From: Eledone cirrhosa
Lineage: Eukaryota
Direction of reading: 5' to 3'
Length of the DNA: 64,000 bases
Assembly: GCA_964016885.1 (NCBI GenBank)
Contig: OZ024742.1
Coordinates: 142,786,001 to 142,850,000 of the forward strand
Under the pieces are notes generated by a model. The model saw only the letters and a program-made list of their open reading frames with translations. It was not told the DNA's origin and searched no databases. A program made the position numbers and the translations under genes. The stretch's first letter is position 1. Each line of letters begins with the position of its first letter. Positions 1 to 12,500 of this stretch are shown one piece after another.

Positions 1-265
1 CAGTCTGATAACATTGTTAGCAGAGCTGATTTCTTGCATGAATGAAAACATTTTAGAGTATTCTAAATATAAAATGCATCATTTTGGAACGATTTTGTCA
101 GATTGTGTTACTCATATTACAGACAGACAGAAAATACATCACAATCATTATAATTGTTTATACATTTGGCACTAGGCCAGCAATTACCCAGTACATTACT
201 GGTACTTTATTTTATGAGGTATTAGTTACTTTAAAATATATCTGTTTATTTATTGTTTGATTCAG

Positions 266-388
266 GCTTGAATGGAAAAAAGGCCCTTTGGAAAGTTGTT
301 CCTGCTTCGTTTTTCCTCTATTTTGCTTGTATTCTTCCAAATATTGCTTATGGAATGATAATCAGCAATGACACACATGGAGCAATTG
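266..388 (+). CDS. SLC4A11: SLC4A11-like transporter, first coding exon in window (TM1); gene starts upstream of window
   Basis: ttcag| acceptor and |gtaag donor; encodes GLNGKKALWKVVPASFFLYFACILPNIAYG...GAI, matching the SLC4A11 TM1 motif LFLYFACLLPTIAFG. Confidence 0.9.
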
Positions 389-943
389 GTAAGGAGAGAA
401 AACATAATTTAAAAAAACAACATCAAAATATTCTTTTTTTAAGTTTTTTGCTACCAAAACGCCATAACCTACAAGATGTATTTTATAGTGTTTATAATAT
501 TGTACCATAATTTATGTAAGAACCTTTGTTAAGTCATGCTCCAAATACCAGCTTAGTAATGAGAGTTAGTTACATTATTAAATCCCTTAAAATTCTTGAT
601 AATTTTCTAAATTATTTGAAAAGCATAGGCAATCTTTTATTAAATATATGGTGATAAAAGGGTTTAAAATATCTAAATTAATGTAAAATTCGAAATGTTT
701 ATATTCTCTTTCAACTCTTCTGATACTAAACCACCTGAAACTACCCTTGGTTTTCTTATACAAAACTATTTGTTTTTAAAGTGTTACTATTTAAAATGTA
801 ATCTTCTACCATATTTTTATGTAAAAACCAGCTTTAAAATGACAATGTTAGCTATATTACTAAATCCTTTCAAATCTTGATTATTTAATTGAAAATCATA
901 AGCAGTGTCTTTCGTTAGAAATATAGTAATTAAAACATAATAT

Positions 944-1440
944 CAGTGCTGGGCTTACTTATAAACCAAATAAGCTATAACTTAGGGCCACACACCCTTA
1001 GGGTGCGTATAAAGTCTTTCCCTGATTATAAACCTTTATTAAGCAAACATAAACAAGATTGAAAAACAGTTTTTGGCACACTTATGACATATGTATAGAA
1101 GTTTTGTTTATTTACACATGAACTTCAGTTCACTGAAATTCATGTATGAATAAACAAAACTTCTAGACATATGTTATAAGTGTGCCAAAAACTGTTTTTC
1201 TATCTTGTTTATGTTTTGCTTAATAAAGGGAAAGATTTTATGCTCACTCTGTATATCTTTTATTTTTCTCACTGGTAAATGGAATTAATGAATTAATTAG
1301 TTTAAAGGAACCTTTTGTAACTAATTTAATTTTGTAATCATTAATAAATAATAATCAAGCATATTTTTTTTACCCAAATTGTTTTTAGAGAAAGGCCTCA
1401 AATATAGCCTAGGGCCTCAGCAGGTAAAAGTCCAGCTCTG
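944..1440. mobile_element. hAT-type MITE containing a large palindrome
   Basis: TIRs CAGTGCTGGGCTTAC / GTAAAAGTCCAGCTCTG; degenerate 8-bp flanks cataatat/gttaatat. Confidence 0.55.
1033..1229. repeat. Long imperfect palindrome (~97-bp arms, 2-nt centre)
   Basis: cctttattaagcaaa...cttcagt-tc-actgaaatt...ttgcttaataaagg. Confidence 0.9.
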
Positions 1441-1472
1441 GTTAATATAATTTCTCCTGTGGTGTATGCAAC

Positions 1473-1790
1473 ATGGCTGAATGGTTAAGAAGTTACTTTG
1501 AAATCATAAGGTTCCAGGTTCAATCCCACTGTATAGCCTCATGAGCCAGTGTCATTTACCATAACCTCCAACTGAGCCAAGCCTTGTGAGTAAAATTGGA
1601 TAAACAGAAACTATCTGGAAACCCATCAGATGAACTGTACCTGTAATTCAATTGACCAGCTTTATCCCATGTTGAATCTCCCTAAGAATTATGTGAAGGA
1701 TACAGGGTACATATGTCTGTGGAATACTCAGCCATTTATATGTTAATTTAGTTAATAGACCACACTGTTGATCAAACAACTAGAACACTT
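1473..1790 (+). mobile_element. tRNA-derived SINE (decayed)
   Basis: A box TGGCTGAATGG, B box GGTTCAATCC; related bodies elsewhere (about 44950-45190 minus, 49180-49650). Confidence 0.65.
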
Positions 1791-1832
1791 ATCAACAAAA
1801 TAAAAAATAAAAATAATACAAATCCATTTATC

Positions 1833-2058
1833 TTAACTCTTTAACATTTAAACAGGCCACATTCGACCAGAATTCTCTCGCCTATTTCTGTTCAAACCGG
1901 CTGTAACCAGCTACTCATACTCATGTTGTATTGTTCTCAAAATAAATAATATCAAAATCTTGTAGATTCAATATTATGTGAGATAATTATCTGAGATAGA
2001 GTGTTTACCATGAAAATACAATAGTAAATATAGAGTAATATAAATGCTAAAGGGTTAA
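1833..2058. mobile_element. TTAA-flanked piggyBac-type MITE family (other copies 6075-6247, 17346-17510, ~18167-18340, ~49213-49414, 52488-52631, ~55680-55854)
   Basis: TTAA-CCCTTTAGCATTTA ... TAAATGCTAAAGGG-TTAA termini and shared internal sequence. Confidence 0.75.
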
Positions 2059-2661
2059 ATTCCCCACCAACAGCATCAATCTCTCGGGTCTTGTGGAATG
2101 GGGAAAAGGGGGGGGGGGGTAAATGCCATAAGCACTGCCCCTTTCCCCAGACATAACAAATAAATACTAAAGAAAAGTCATGTAATAATAATAATGATAA
2201 TAATAATAATAATAATGAAATTATTGTGTACAGTGCTCAGGTGCACTACAAATCATCAAAGGTGCATGTATAGTACATAGAATAATGTACAAATATCAGG
2301 AAAGTGAACAGTGTATAAGTCATAATATGCATGTGTGCATGTGTATGGAGGGGGGATAAAGATTCCTGAAACCCATTTTATATTAAACTGCCTAACACTG
2401 CTATATTTAACCTCACAGGGATTTGAATTCAGAGCTCAGAGAGCTGAAACCAATACCTAAAAATATTTTATTCAGCCTTCTAATGACTCTGCTTTCTACT
2501 CTTTCCCATCATTGAAATAGGTGTCTTACATGTACTCACAACCTTGATAAAGCGGGCTCTAGCTAGCTAAATATTTTCTTTTTCTCTATTTGCTGTGTGT
2601 TGCTAAAAAAAATTGTATTGACATTTCTTTGTTACATACTGTGTTTTAGTGTTATCCTATT

Positions 2662-2713
<52 letters not shown>

Positions 2714-2716
<3 letters not shown>

Positions 2717-2911
2717 CGAAGGAAATGTGGTAAGGAACCAGATGGACCATAACGCACCAAAGTACTCAATACTTAGGGTAATAGAGTGGGTAATAGGAAC
2801 GAGTAGGACCCCGATGGCTGAGCTCAAGCCGTTTCGACGGCTAATTCTGGAGTCCAGAATTAGCCGTCGAAATGGCTTGAGCTCAGCCGTCGGGGTCCTA
2901 CTCGTTCCTAT
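2714..2911 (-). mobile_element. (TA)n-inserted element: ~80-bp tail plus palindrome with 59-bp arms
   Basis: (TA)n on both sides; 2714-2795 recurs inverted at 30304-30385; palindrome 2793-2911. Confidence 0.75.
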
Positions 2912-2960
2912 ATACATATATATATATATATATATATCCTTCCATCCATCTTTTCTATAT

Positions 2961-2996
<36 letters not shown>

Positions 2997-2998
2997 AG

Positions 2999-3112
2999 AT
3001 ATACCTCATGTATTGTTGGGTCAGTTTCTGGCTGGAATTCTCTTTAGTTTGATAGGAGGTCAAACCATGAACATATTGCTAACTACAGCACCACTGACAT
3101 TATTCACCAGAA
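2999..3112 (+). CDS. SLC4A11: SLC4A11-like exon (TM2-TM3)
   Basis: gttag| ... |gtaag; phase fits previous exon; DIPHVLLGQFLAGILFSLIGGQTMNILLTTAPLTLFTR resembles GQPLVILLTTAPL. Confidence 0.92.
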
Positions 3113-3136
3113 GTAAGTAGGGCTAGAAGTCCAATT

Positions 3137-5700
3137 CACACACACCACCACCACCAGTAGTCCCACACACATAGACACCACCACCACCAGTAGTCCAATA
3201 CACATACACACACACCACCACCACCACCACCACCACCACAAGTAGCCCAATACACACACACTACCACTACCACCACTGCCACCAGTAGTTCAATACACAC
3301 ACACCACCACCACAAGTAGCCCAATACACACACCCACCACTACCACCACCACCACCAGTAGCCCAATACACACACACACCACCACCACCAGTAGTCCAAT
3401 ACACACACCACCACCACCACTACCACCAGTAGTCTAATACACACACATACCACCACCAGTACCCAACACACACACACCACCACCACCACCAGTAGCCGAA
3501 TATACACACCACCACCACCACCACCACCACCAGTAGTCCAATACACACACCACCACCACCACCACCACCAGTAGTCCAATACACACACCACCACCACCAC
3601 CACCACCAGTAGTCCAATACACACACCACCACCACCACCACCACCAGTAGTCCAATACACACACATACCATCACCTGTAGTCCAATACACACACATCACC
3701 ACCACCACCAGTAGCCCAACACACACACCACAATCCACCACCACCACCACCACCACCACCACTACCACCAGTAGTCCAATACACACACACCACCACCACC
3801 ACTACCACCACCACCACCAGTAGCCCAGCACACACACACCACCACCACCATCACCACCACCAGTAGCCCAGCACACACACACCACCACCACTGCCACCAC
3901 CACCAGTAGCCCAGCACACACACACCACCACCACTACCACCACCAGTAGCCCAGCACACACACACCACCACCACTGCTACCACCACCAGTAGTCCAATAC
4001 ACACACACCACCACCACCACTACCACCACCACCACCATCACCACCAGTGCCCAGCACACACACACACACCACCACCACTACCACCACCACCAGTAGCCCA
4101 GCACACACACACACACACCACCACCACTACCACCACTACCACCAGTAGTCCAATACACACCACCACTACCACCACTACCAGTAGCCCAACACACACACCA
4201 CCTCAACCACTAGTCCAATACACACACACCACCACCACCAATACCACCACTACCACCAGTAGTCCAATACACACACACACCACCACCAATACCACCACTA
4301 CCACCAGTAGTCCAATACACACACACACCACCACCAATACCACCACTACCACCACTAGTCCAATACACACACACACCACCACCAATACCACCACTACCAC
4401 CAGTAGTCCAATACACACACACACCACCACCAATACCACCACTACCACCAGTAGTCCAATACACACACACACCACCACCAATACCACCACTACCACCAGT
4501 AGTCCAATACACACACACCACCACCACCACTACCACCACTACCACCAGTAGTCCAATACACACACACACCACCACCAATACCACCACTACCACCAGTAGT
4601 CCAATACACACACACACACACCACCACCACCACTACCACCACTAGTCCAATACACACACACCACCACCAATACCACCACTACCACCACTAGTCCAATACA
4701 CACACACCACCACCAATACCACCACTACCACCAGTAGTCCAATACACACACACACACACCACCACCACCACTACCACCACTAGTCCAATACACACACACA
4801 CCACCACCAATACCACCACTACCACCACTAGTCCAATACACACACACACCACCACCAATACCACCACTACCACCACTAGTCCAATACACACACACACACC
4901 ACGACCACCACTACCACCACTAGTCCAATACACACACACACCACCACCAATACCACCACTACCACCACTAGTCCAATACACACACACACCACCACCAATA
5001 CCACCACTACCACCACTAGTCCAATACACACACACCACCACCACCAATACCACCACTACCACCAGTAGTCCAATACACACACACACCACCACCACCACTA
5101 CCACCACTAGTCCAATACACACACACACCACCACCAATACCACCACTACCACCAGTAGTCCAATACACACACACACCACCACCAATACCACCACTACCAC
5201 CAGTAGTCCAATACACATACACACACACCACCACCACCACCACCAATACTACCACCACAAGTAGCCCAATACACACACACTACCACTACCACCACTGCCA
5301 CCAGTAGTTCAATACACACACACCACCACCACAAGTAGCCCAATACACACACCCACCACTACCACCACCACCACAAGTAGCCCAATACACACACCCACCA
5401 CTACCACCACCACCACCAGTAGCCCAATACACACACACACACCACCACCACCAGTAGTCCAATACACACACCACCACCACCACTACCACCAGTAGTCTAA
5501 TACACACACATACCATCACCTGTAGTCCAATACACACACACACCACCACCACCACCAGTACCCAACACACACACACCACCACCACCACCAGTAGCCCAAT
5601 ATACGCACCACCACCACTACTGGTAGTCCATTGTGGACACACACCAACAAGGGTAAGTAATCCTAGTAGTCCAGTAGACGCACACACCAGCACCACTACC
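3137..5700. repeat. Compound minisatellite, ~35-50-bp unit TAGTCCAATA(CA)n(CCA)n
   Basis: Directly visible tandem units; source of the spurious V/W/G-rich ORFs. Confidence 0.95.
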
Positions 5701-6719
5701 AATTTTCATGGAGATTCTTCAATCACGACAACCTCTCTTATTTTGATTCCACAAAAAATACATCCAATATATTCTGTAAAGTGGTTGGTGCCAGGAAGGG
5801 CATCTACCCATAGAAAACCTGCCAAATAAAGGATTGAGAAGACACTTTAGTTGTGACAAAGGCACCACAACCTACCTAGTGCAAGTGCCATGATAAAATG
5901 CATACAGTCTGCCAGGAAAGACTGTAATGCTGAATAAGTATTGAAAACCCGTCTGACCCCTGCCAGCATGGGAAAGTAGACATTAAATGATGATGATGAT
6001 GATGATGATGTATATGTATAGGAAAACATTTCAACTTTTTTCTAATATTTCTTATGTCAAACCTAGCTAGAGGCTTAACCCTTTAACATTCTCTCATCTC
6101 TTTCTGTTCAAACCAGCTGCTCATACTTGTGTTAAGGTATTATTCTCAAAATAAATTATATCAAAATCTCATAGATTCAATATTATGTGAAATTTATCAT
6201 GAAAATACAATAGTAAATATAGAGTAATGTAAATGGTAAAGGGTTAAAGCCACTCTGAGCATTCTTGTATATGTGCTATCTAGTCTTTTCTCAACGTGCT
6301 TAGTGAGTGTCCACATAGTACACCAGTACAGCAGGATTTACTCCACTGTCATTATGTGAGATAATTAAGTTAGGTAAAGTCTTTACTGTGAAAATGTAAT
6401 AGTAAATATAGAGTAATGTAAATGCTAAATGTTTTTAATTTTCTTTAAAAAATGGCAATGTTGCTTCTGTTTCTTTTTTTTTCAACAGGGATTCTTTACC
6501 TGATTTTCTCAACTATTATTTATAGTGATCAACTATTATTTATAGTCATCTTTGTTAGGACGACTACAATTCAAATTTCCCAATGTAAACCAGATGGTCA
6601 CACTTCTAGCTACAGGCTTAAAATCAAAAAGATTGCAATTTATAGCCAGAGACGTTTTAGCATATCACTAGTAATAGTTACTGTTCTGAGAGAGAGAACA
6701 CAATACATAAATAGAATAT

Positions 6720-7363
6720 ACTAGCTGACGTACCCAGCTTCGCCCGGGTAAACAGATGAATTGCTTTTATTATCAGTATTCATTTCGAGCAATTGTCAAA
6801 AAATGACACAATAATAAATATAAAAGATGTCCGTCAATGTAAAAAAGGTCCCTATTTACTCCCTTCACAACTCTGTGTATGTTAGACTGACAGACAGGCA
6901 CACAGACAGATAAACTGCGCGGCGATTGTGGAACGCCGCACGTACACACACATACATGCATGGAAACGCGCACATGCACGCAAACTTACACACACACCTG
7001 TGCACTTACACACACGCACACATGTTGATAGTTTTTACTTTCTGTGGAACGCTGCATGCATGCACACACACATAAACATATGCGCACGTACATACACACG
7101 CACACATGTTAATAGTTAGTGCTTTCCTTCCCCTCTTATTTCCACACATCTCTACACTGACACATATACATAGTGTATCCAACACAGCGTTCACTTTGCC
7201 TCTCTGTTTCTTACTCTCCCCTCTCACTCCCTCATTGGCATTATGCATATTAATTTAAGTTTTGCGTCGTTGAGGTGGGCGGAGTCGTTTGAAACCTATG
7301 AACCAATGATAATCGAGAATTATGACACACGGAATACTGACATTGTTGAAATTAATATATAGA
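6720..7363 (-). mobile_element. Non-autonomous Helitron-like element
   Basis: Minus strand begins TC(TATAT) and ends CTAGT with a GC-rich subterminal segment (cccagcttcgcccggg); internal CA-rich repeats; no TSD. Similar remnants near 23885-24015 and 51660-51910. Confidence 0.6.
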
Positions 7364-7388
7364 TTTTTACTGATGATATAAAAGGTCT

Positions 7389-7435
7389 CGCAGTTACTGA
7401 TCAGTTTTATCTCAATGGAGATTCATCAGACCATA
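7389..7435 (-). ncRNA. Degenerate minimal hammerhead motif (GAAA reads AAAA)
   Basis: Minus strand: TATGGT-CTGATGA-ATCTC catt GAGAT-AAAA-CTGATCAG-TA-ACTGCG. Confidence 0.55.
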
Positions 7436-9368
7436 CTAGTTTTTAATACACACACACATACAAATTTGAGGTATCAGAACATATATATTATGTATGATAT
7501 TTGTGCTTCTCGGTAAAAAAGCACAATGGACATTTGTTTAGAGCATCAATAATTCAAAATTAGAGATATATGTATATATACATAAAGAGAGAGGAAGGGC
7601 CATATATCTTATGAGAAACACAGTATTTTGTACACACACAAAAACCACATATGTATGAAAAGTACGTACTTCAAAATGGAAAAAGTTCAAATTTGTATAT
7701 AACAGGCTCCAAATTCATTATTTGTTGAGCTACCCACACTGACTAATATTTTGCACCTCTTTCTAGCAGAAATGACGTCTAGTTTTGCTTGTATCTGTCA
7801 CCATGGGTTTAACGTTATTACACCACGCTGTTTCTTGTGTTGTAATAACTCATAGATCCTGGCAGATATAGATAAGTATTTTGTATAATATACTTTATTG
7901 AAACTTTATTTAATTGACGTAAATTCATCTGATTGATTCACGTCTCCCTAACTTTACCAAAATTAATAGTTGGCGATCAATGACCAATTACTTAGATCAA
8001 TTTTAAATTATGGTTCTTCGAATCATGAAGTGGCAGCGTTAGAAAATAAGAACTTTTTCCATTTTGAAATGCGTATTTTTCATAAATATTATGTGCTTTT
8101 TGTGCTTTTTTTACTGTGTTTCTCAAAAGATATATGGCTCTTTCTTTCTCTATACATATAGCTCTAATTTTGAATATAAATTATATATAGCAAAGGTAAT
8201 ACAATATATAACTCAATTTGTATGTAGAAAGTTATATATGAAAGTATATAATTGGCAAACATTTTCAAAGTGAGCTCAATGTGTTTATGTAATATTGGTT
8301 AGAAGAATAAGAGATGTTTTTAACATTATTTTTAATGGCAAGGAAATCAACTCTCCAGAATTTTCCTGATGTGGTCTGTAATTCTTATCAGGCTATTGAC
8401 TTTAGTCTTTATTTGTAATATTTTACTTTCATTTAAAACACTTCTGACAACATTGTGGTATACAATAATAAATGTTTTTGGTTTTTTTTCTCTACAAGTT
8501 ATGTGTAACATCCCAATTGTAACTAAAGGTGTGATATTTATACCACACATGAAACCTGTAAAGTATTAAACTCATGTTGTTTGACTCCATCCTTCTTTTT
8601 TTTAGATACATATATGTGTGTGTGTGTCATTAAATTATCATTATTCCAGTTCAGTACAATTCCATTAGTACACACACAAACACATGCATCTAAAGCTTTA
8701 CCTTTATTATCATCTATGTTTCATCATTATTGTTATTGCTCTTTTTATCTATAATTAACCACCTCATATTTCTATCTATATTTGCTTATACTTCTATACA
8801 TGTTAACAACTTTGATACTAAACTACCCAAGACCACCACCTCTGGTTCAATGATATATTTAGAAAAAAACTTGATATCATAGTTTTTTGTAAGACTCATT
8901 TATTAATAATATATGTTACAAAAACAAACTTAACAAAAATGTTAGTTATTTTATTAAATCCTTCCAAATTCTTAATTATTTTCAACATTAACTGAAATTC
9001 CTAGATAGAATATTTTATTAAGAAATATGGTCATGAAAGTGTTAAACTGGACTTCACTTTCATGAACAGTTTTGCAATATTTTATATTCTGTAAATTTTG
9101 TCTGCATTTTTGAGATGAGAAATTATAATTATTTTACACTGATGCATTTGAACAAGTACCTTCTTTTTGGTTGTTATAATCACAGCATTTTTGGACCTTA
9201 TATAATACCTGATCTTTTGCCAGTGCCTTTTATGTTCTCAGAATTTCAAAACTAAATACTTTATTCAAACCATGGAGATAGATTGTTTCCATTCCATTGT
9301 CCAAGCATTTTAATATGTTCTTTAATATATTTTTAATTATTATTTGCTTATATTTTCTCTGGTTTCAG

Positions 9369-9501
9369 TTGTAGCCAACATATGCGATGACTTCAACATC
9401 AACTTCCTTGGAATGTTTGCTTGTGTTGGTATTTGGAGTTCAATTTTCCTCATTTCATATGCCTTATTTGATTTGTGCAACTTACTGAAATGGTCAACCA
9501 G
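9369..9501 (+). CDS. SLC4A11: SLC4A11-like exon (TM4)
   Basis: tttcag| ... AG|gtgtgt; IVANICDDFNINFLGMFACVGIWSSIFLISYALFDLCNLLKWSTR in phase. Confidence 0.9.
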
Positions 9502-12500
9502 GTGTGTTTAATCAATGATACTAGCAGATTGTATTTCTTAAATTAATCCAGCATCACATTTTCAGATAATACAGTCACATGCCTGGCTAAATGTTTCATA
9601 ATATTTATAGCTTCAGACCTCACTCTTTTTGGCCAAGGGAAACTTCACCTTCAATTCTTTCAGGGTTGGTAAATAAAGTACTAGTAGACATGCTGGTGGA
9701 TTGATAGAATTGTTAAAGCATGAGACACATTGTGGTATCTGTTCAAAGTCTGAGTTCAAATCCTGCTTCTTGTCACTGGGAACATAGTAACATAATAAGA
9801 CAGAAGCCCCAGTCCTTAAAACACCATAGAAACCTCCTATGAGATGTAGCCTTCACAACAATAATCACCTTACTTACTGTTTTGACTTCAAATCTTGTCA
9901 GCATTGACATAACATGTCCCTCTAACCCATCAACCCCACCATTTATAAATACCAGTAATACTCTTGTATTAATTCAATCCCTTCGTTCTGTCACACCATT
10001 GATGTTCCCATTTCCATTCTTTACATATTGCTGATTTGTCTAATAGAAGATACAATTTAGAGAAGGTTTCCTTGTACACGAGGGAAACATTTGATGAATA
10101 TTTCTTCTACGGGGATCTTTGATCTGCTAGAAACATCAGCCAACACCCTACATCTTGCAAAATAGGATATATTGAATAAAGAAGCCTAAATATACAGAAG
10201 ATATTATGGTTATGGCTTAAATGCCTTTGATTGTATGTTCACTCAGCTAGGGATGAGTTGAAGCTAAACAACACCAACACCAGCAACAATACAAACAACT
10301 TCAAGAAAATAAGTGAACTAGAAATGAAAGAAGAAATATCAGATAGAAAATTATGAAGGGTGTTTGAGGGACTTATTAAGAGGAAAGGCAGTAACCATGA
10401 CCCTTTTCAAGCACTCTAGGAGTGGATGGAAACAAAGAATAAGGCATTCTCAAACCAGAGCCTTGGTCTGAATGCTTGTGGCAGAGGATGCCATTAAAAT
10501 CAGTCTAGAGCCAAGTAGTGATGTTAAAACTAATCAATTAAGTCTAACCATCAAATAAGCCTCAATGGAATTTAAATACAAGGAACCTAAACAAATACTC
10601 TAACAACTTTACCTCTTCACTGCCCTAAGACTGGTACTTTCTTTTATCAACTCTGGTAGGATAAAAAGCAAAGTTAACCTCAATAACATAGATACTGCAA
10701 AGCATTTCATCTGGCAATACCATGCTTCTGCCAATTTATCACCTGTCTTGAGACAAAGCACATAATTGAATTAATATCATTTACAATATCTTTATTATTC
10801 TTATCATCTTGCATAGTTTTGTGCATCTTTTGTCTTTTTTCCATGTTGCTACACATTCGTCCATTTAGATAAAGTTGGTAATCTACATGGCATGGGGAGA
10901 TGGGAATACTGACGTTTCAAGCATAAAGTGGGTATAACTGGATAAGTCCCCCACTTGTCATATACCATGTGTGCATCTGGTTTTAGAATAGGAACACCAA
11001 TATCCTTTATGCCCCAATAAACAATTAAAAGGGTAGGCACCAGAAAGGGCTTCTGGCCATTAAATAATGCCTCAGAAAGGACTCAATGATGCATCTGAAG
11101 CCTGTGATGGGGCCCAAAAGGCTAACGCCTGCTTTGGCAGGGAAAATGGCCTTAATACATTTCTTTCTATATTGCTACATCTTCCCTATTACCTGTATTC
11201 TTCCTCATGCTATCTAGGTGAGATTCGTAAATTTGGATAACTTCTCGTTACATGGGGAGATGAGAATACTGGCATTTTGAGCATAAAGTCCTTTGTCAAA
11301 GAAAGAAAAATCTTTTAAGTGTCTATGCAAGCACTAAGAATATTTGTTTTGATAAACTATAAGGACAATAAATTTTTTGTTATGCCTATGCAGCTAAATA
11401 GACTAACATAAAAGAGGTCACTATGTGTTCAAATATATTCTTCAGTCACACTTTACTGCAGATATACAATCAACAGGTGTCACAGAGACTGTCACCAACA
11501 TCATTGCCACCTACTACCAACACCACTGTCACTAATTCTATTACCATTAATATTACCAACGCCATTGCCACCTACACTACTATTACTATCAACATCACTG
11601 TCACTAATACTACTACTAATACTACTACTGATACTATTACCAACACTTTACAGTAGCACTTGGAAGATAAAATGTCAGCAAAATACCTAAGATCTCCTGT
11701 CCCTTTATTGATCCCTAACCTGCATATTTCCATATTTCTTTGTGTTGTTCAAAGTTTCTGTTCTATGTTTATAGACATCAACCATGTCACTACTCCATGA
11801 GTTATTGTTGATATGACACCCTGGTCAAACATTCTGCACTTCAGGCTTCACAGCATCTTATTTTTCAGGATGTTATTTGATTTACCAAAAGCACATATTC
11901 CAACTTGGATTCACCTTTTTACTTTCTCTATGTAGCTGTTTTCTATGTTTACCATCTGTCCAAGATAAATAGATTTGTTTCCTTGATGTATGTAGTAAAT
12001 ACGTCTTTGTGCTATTGAAAGTTGATAAGGCTGTCATGTTCACATTAAAGGTTCTTCTCAAGGGCATTATCCATGGTTTAGAGAACAAACAAAAGTACAA
12101 GATACCATAGAATATATTAAAAAGAGAAAATTGAAGTGAGCAGGGCATGTAACATGAACAAATGACGACAGGTGAATAGCTTCACATAGTCAAAGAAGGC
12201 AGAGGAAAAGATGGAGAGATGAGATTGGTAGATTTGGGAGCATTACATGAATGAGATTGGTGCAGGATAGGACTAATTAGCACCAGCATTGGAAGGCAGT
12301 GGAAAGGTAAATAATGACGATGATTGTCAAAGATACAATGCTGTACATCTTCCTCTCTAGACATGAACAATGCACAACTAAAACCCTCAAGGTCATTTCA
12401 AATGTTAGGTATCACAATTTTTATGATCTCTCATGGTGACCTCAAATATGTCAAAATTGCATTGCAAAGACTAGTCTTTCTTGTTTTTTTTTTTTTATAT

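Noticed and set aside
1473-1545. tRNA-like A/B boxes here and at other SINE heads
   Set aside because: No complete cloverleaf; each continues into a SINE body.
3136-5702. Many V/W/G/C-rich ORFs, and a mucin-like T/S/P/H reading on the + strand
   Set aside because: Products of the minisatellite; unit lengths shift frame and the flanking SLC4A11 exons join in phase without it.
10845-11290. ~60-bp diverged direct repeats resembling short LTRs
   Set aside because: No TG...CA termini, PBS or TSD seen; more likely fragments of one decayed repeat family.
11423-11656. Thr/Asn-rich ORF
   Set aside because: Low-complexity trinucleotide decay inside an intron, with no splice or family support.
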